64,000 bases of DNA from the human T2T-CHM13v2.0 reference genome, Homo sapiens. Shown here in pieces: positions 60,941 through 64,000 of this stretch. The notes beneath the pieces are model-generated. The model was given only the letters and a program-made list of their open reading frames with translations, was not told the DNA's origin and did not search any database. A program made the translations under genes and the position numbers. The number at the start of each line of letters is the position of its first letter. Position 1 is the stretch's first letter. The DNA lies in NCBI RefSeq assembly GCF_009914755.1, contig NC_060935.1; one strand, given 5' to 3'.

Positions 60941-61133
60941 TTAGGAGCAGGATTGTAAGGTCAAAAGATATCACTAGTTTTATGGTTCTAACTACCTTTT
61001 CCCACATTGCTTTCCAAAAATGTTGTGCTGATATAGAAAACCCAGCCCTGAAAACATAACATTTTCTCCATAATTTTGTCTGATTTCATATTTTAAGCTA
61101 AGAAACCCTAAAGACCCATATGCCCTCTCTTCA

Positions 61134-61473
<340 letters not shown>

Positions 61474-62406
61474 TAGAGCCAAATTCATCTTGAGCTTGAG
61501 TATTACCTCCCTGGAATGGACCTCGATTATATCACAGTCTGCCCTGAGCTCAACTGGTCCTGGACTCTCCCCCTTATTCAAAGGTGGATTTCCTGCTCTC
61601 CAAACCAACAATGAAATTTCCACCCCTGCCTTCCCTCTTATCATTCCCTTTATCTCTCTGAGAAATGGAGCAAAGCATATTCTGTCCATGGGAGAGATTA
61701 GGGGCTCTCTGCTTTCTTTGACCTCTTTGTATTTCCTTCATTGCATTAATGGCAGTGCTGGGGTAACGTGTATCGGAGAGAGAACTGATCAATAAACATC
61801 AGGAAGTGTAATTATGGGGTAAGGAGGCATTGGGAAACGTCTGTAAAAATTCAGGGTCCATTTGCCCATATTTTTTTTTTTAATGGAGGCATGAATTTAA
61901 TGTTCCACATGGGAAGGAACCAGAGGAACTACATGGGGTTTACTTCTATTTGTTCCCTCTCTGAAGAGCTGCAGGATACATGAGGTACCTTCAAATCCTT
62001 CAACCCATAGGTCTTCGCCTGAGGAGTAGGCAGATCCTGCACAGATAAATGTTCAGAGGTCATCCAGGACCGCAGTCCCACCCCCACCCCAGCTTCCAAG
62101 AAGAGGGGCTGCACAGAGCAAGCTCCCGATGGGAGGCAGTTCTCTGACCTTCACTGACTCATGCTTTTCAATTGCATCTTCTGTAGCCCTTGCGCAAGAA
62201 TGACCTTGGGTGGCTTAGTAGTCAGATAGGACTGTATCTGCAGAACCAAGTCAGAAAAAAGTGGTTGTTCTGAGAAGACGCAGCTCAAGTCATCATTTAT
62301 TCAAGGTTGTCTAATGAAAACACGTGGCTATTATCTGTACAGTGGATGATCTCAGAAGGACTTAGAAGAAACTGTTAGTGGTCTTAGAAATCCATCATCA
62401 TCATCA

Positions 62407-62703
62407 TTTTTTTTTTTTTTTGAGACAGAGTCTTGCTCTGTTGCCCAGGCTGCAATGAAGCGGCAGGATCTTGGCTCACTGCAACCTCCGCCTCCCAGGT
62501 TCAAACAATTCTCCTGCCTCAGCTTCCTGAGTAGCTGGGACTACAGGTGCGTACCACCATGCCTGGCTAATTTTTGTATTTTTAGTAGAGACAGGGTTTT
62601 GCCATGTTAGCCAGGCTGGTGTTGAACTCCTGACCTCAGGTGATCCACCCGCTTTGGCCTCCCGAAGTGTTGGGATTACAGGCATGAGCCACCTAGTCCA
62701 GCC
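62407..62703 (-). mobile_element. AluSx-like, inserted in an (ATC)n tract
   Basis: ATCATCATCATCATT on both flanks. Confidence 0.95.
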
Positions 62704-62744
62704 CAATCATCATCATCATTATAATAATAATTATTATTCTTACT

Positions 62745-63270
62745 AGTATTTATTGAGCACTTATTGTGTGCCAGGGACAGTGTTACGTACTCTGCACCAC
62801 ATCTCACTTAATTCTTCCAACAACCTTCTGTGATAGTACCAGTATTATTATGTTTTTATAGATGAATGCTTAGCTCCCTCTCTTATTGATATGCTTTGTT
62901 CAAATGTAATTTTCCTTATGGGGCTTACTCTGACTACCCTATGTCATCCCTATCCCCCTTGTCTTTGCATAGCTCTCGCCACCTTCCAACCTGTTTTTTT
63001 ATTTACTTAATCATTATGTCCATTGCTTAGCTCCCACCCTCTACCCATGAGAATGTTTGCTCCCCAAGGAGAAAGATTTTGCTGTGTTTTGTTCAGAACA
63101 GTGTCTGATTCATATAACTACTCAGTAAACTTATTCTAAGGATAAATGAACAGATGAGTAAACCACGATTGAGATAATGAGCAAATCTCTTAATGTCCCT
63201 CAATAACTGGATAGTGGAGCAGGGATGGAGATGAGTCTCGCTCTAGAGCCTTGGGGTTTCGCCACCCCAC
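62745..63270. mobile_element. Antisense MIR split by an L2 3' end (+, about 62868-63150)
   Basis: TATTTATTGAGCACTTATTGTGTGCCAGG...TTTATAGATGA|L2 ending CTCAGTAAAC...GATAAATGAA|CAGATGAGTAAAC. Confidence 0.7.
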
Positions 63271-63403
63271 AACATTGACTCTCTTTCAGAAGATATTCTC
63301 ACCTACACACATGCCCTTTGAAAGGTAGTTCATATTTGCTAAAACACATTCAGAATGGCCTACTGGCGTCTTGGAGAAGCAGGTTTGTATGAAAGGCCCC
63401 TAA

Positions 63404-63757
<354 letters not shown>

Positions 63758-64000
63758 AAGGCTGCCTTTTCTTTGGGCCCCATTTATCTGAAATTCCAAA
63801 GGCTTGTCTAGGTCTTGTGGTGACATTGCTATCTTTTCAGTCAATGCACAGCAGAGCCAGGGGGTGCTTGGTCTTGGGATGAAGCTCTGTATTCTCGGTG
63901 GCCTTCAGGACGCCTTAGGTCTTGGTCAGGTGAAGATCATTTTTATCATTAAGGTCTTTGATCTGGGTAGCATGCAATTCTCTGCCAGGGTAAATAAATG

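Overview
This is primate (very probably human) euchromatic genomic DNA; I see no prokaryotic, viral or CRISPR features. The main structure is a small CpG-island promoter at about 6.85-7.2 kb. It has GC boxes and a CCAAT box, and an apparent + strand first exon ending at a strong donor (CAG|GTAAGA, 7238/7239). About 57 kb follows with no protein-coding exon I can recognise, most likely a large first intron. I cannot name the gene with confidence. The rest is mostly interspersed repeats: 37 Alu-family elements (about 11 kb, many with readable target-site duplications, TSDs), many MIR and L2 relics, an L3/CR1 piece, L1M/L1PA fragments, MaLR/ERVL solo LTRs, hAT DNA-transposon MITEs and microsatellites. 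Repeat families were recognised from memory of their consensus sequences, so subfamily labels and old-repeat boundaries are approximate. None of the supplied ORFs is a credible gene: most are Alu-, L1- or low-complexity-derived, and many start at GTG/TTG. I found no new biological system. The best leads are small, directly visible rearrangement scars and candidate regulatory sites. These include a 15-bp TSD that appears inverted between tail-to-tail Alus, a 49/50-identical 50-bp copy of an ancient L1 piece 1.6 kb away, and a recent 78-bp tandem duplication that creates a cryptic 3' splice site. They also include a tail-less Alu with an intact TSD, a twin-primed mini-L1, a (GGAA)13 microsatellite 2 kb into the gene, a possible alternative first exon ending ATG|GTAAGT, and a near-consensus CTCF site.
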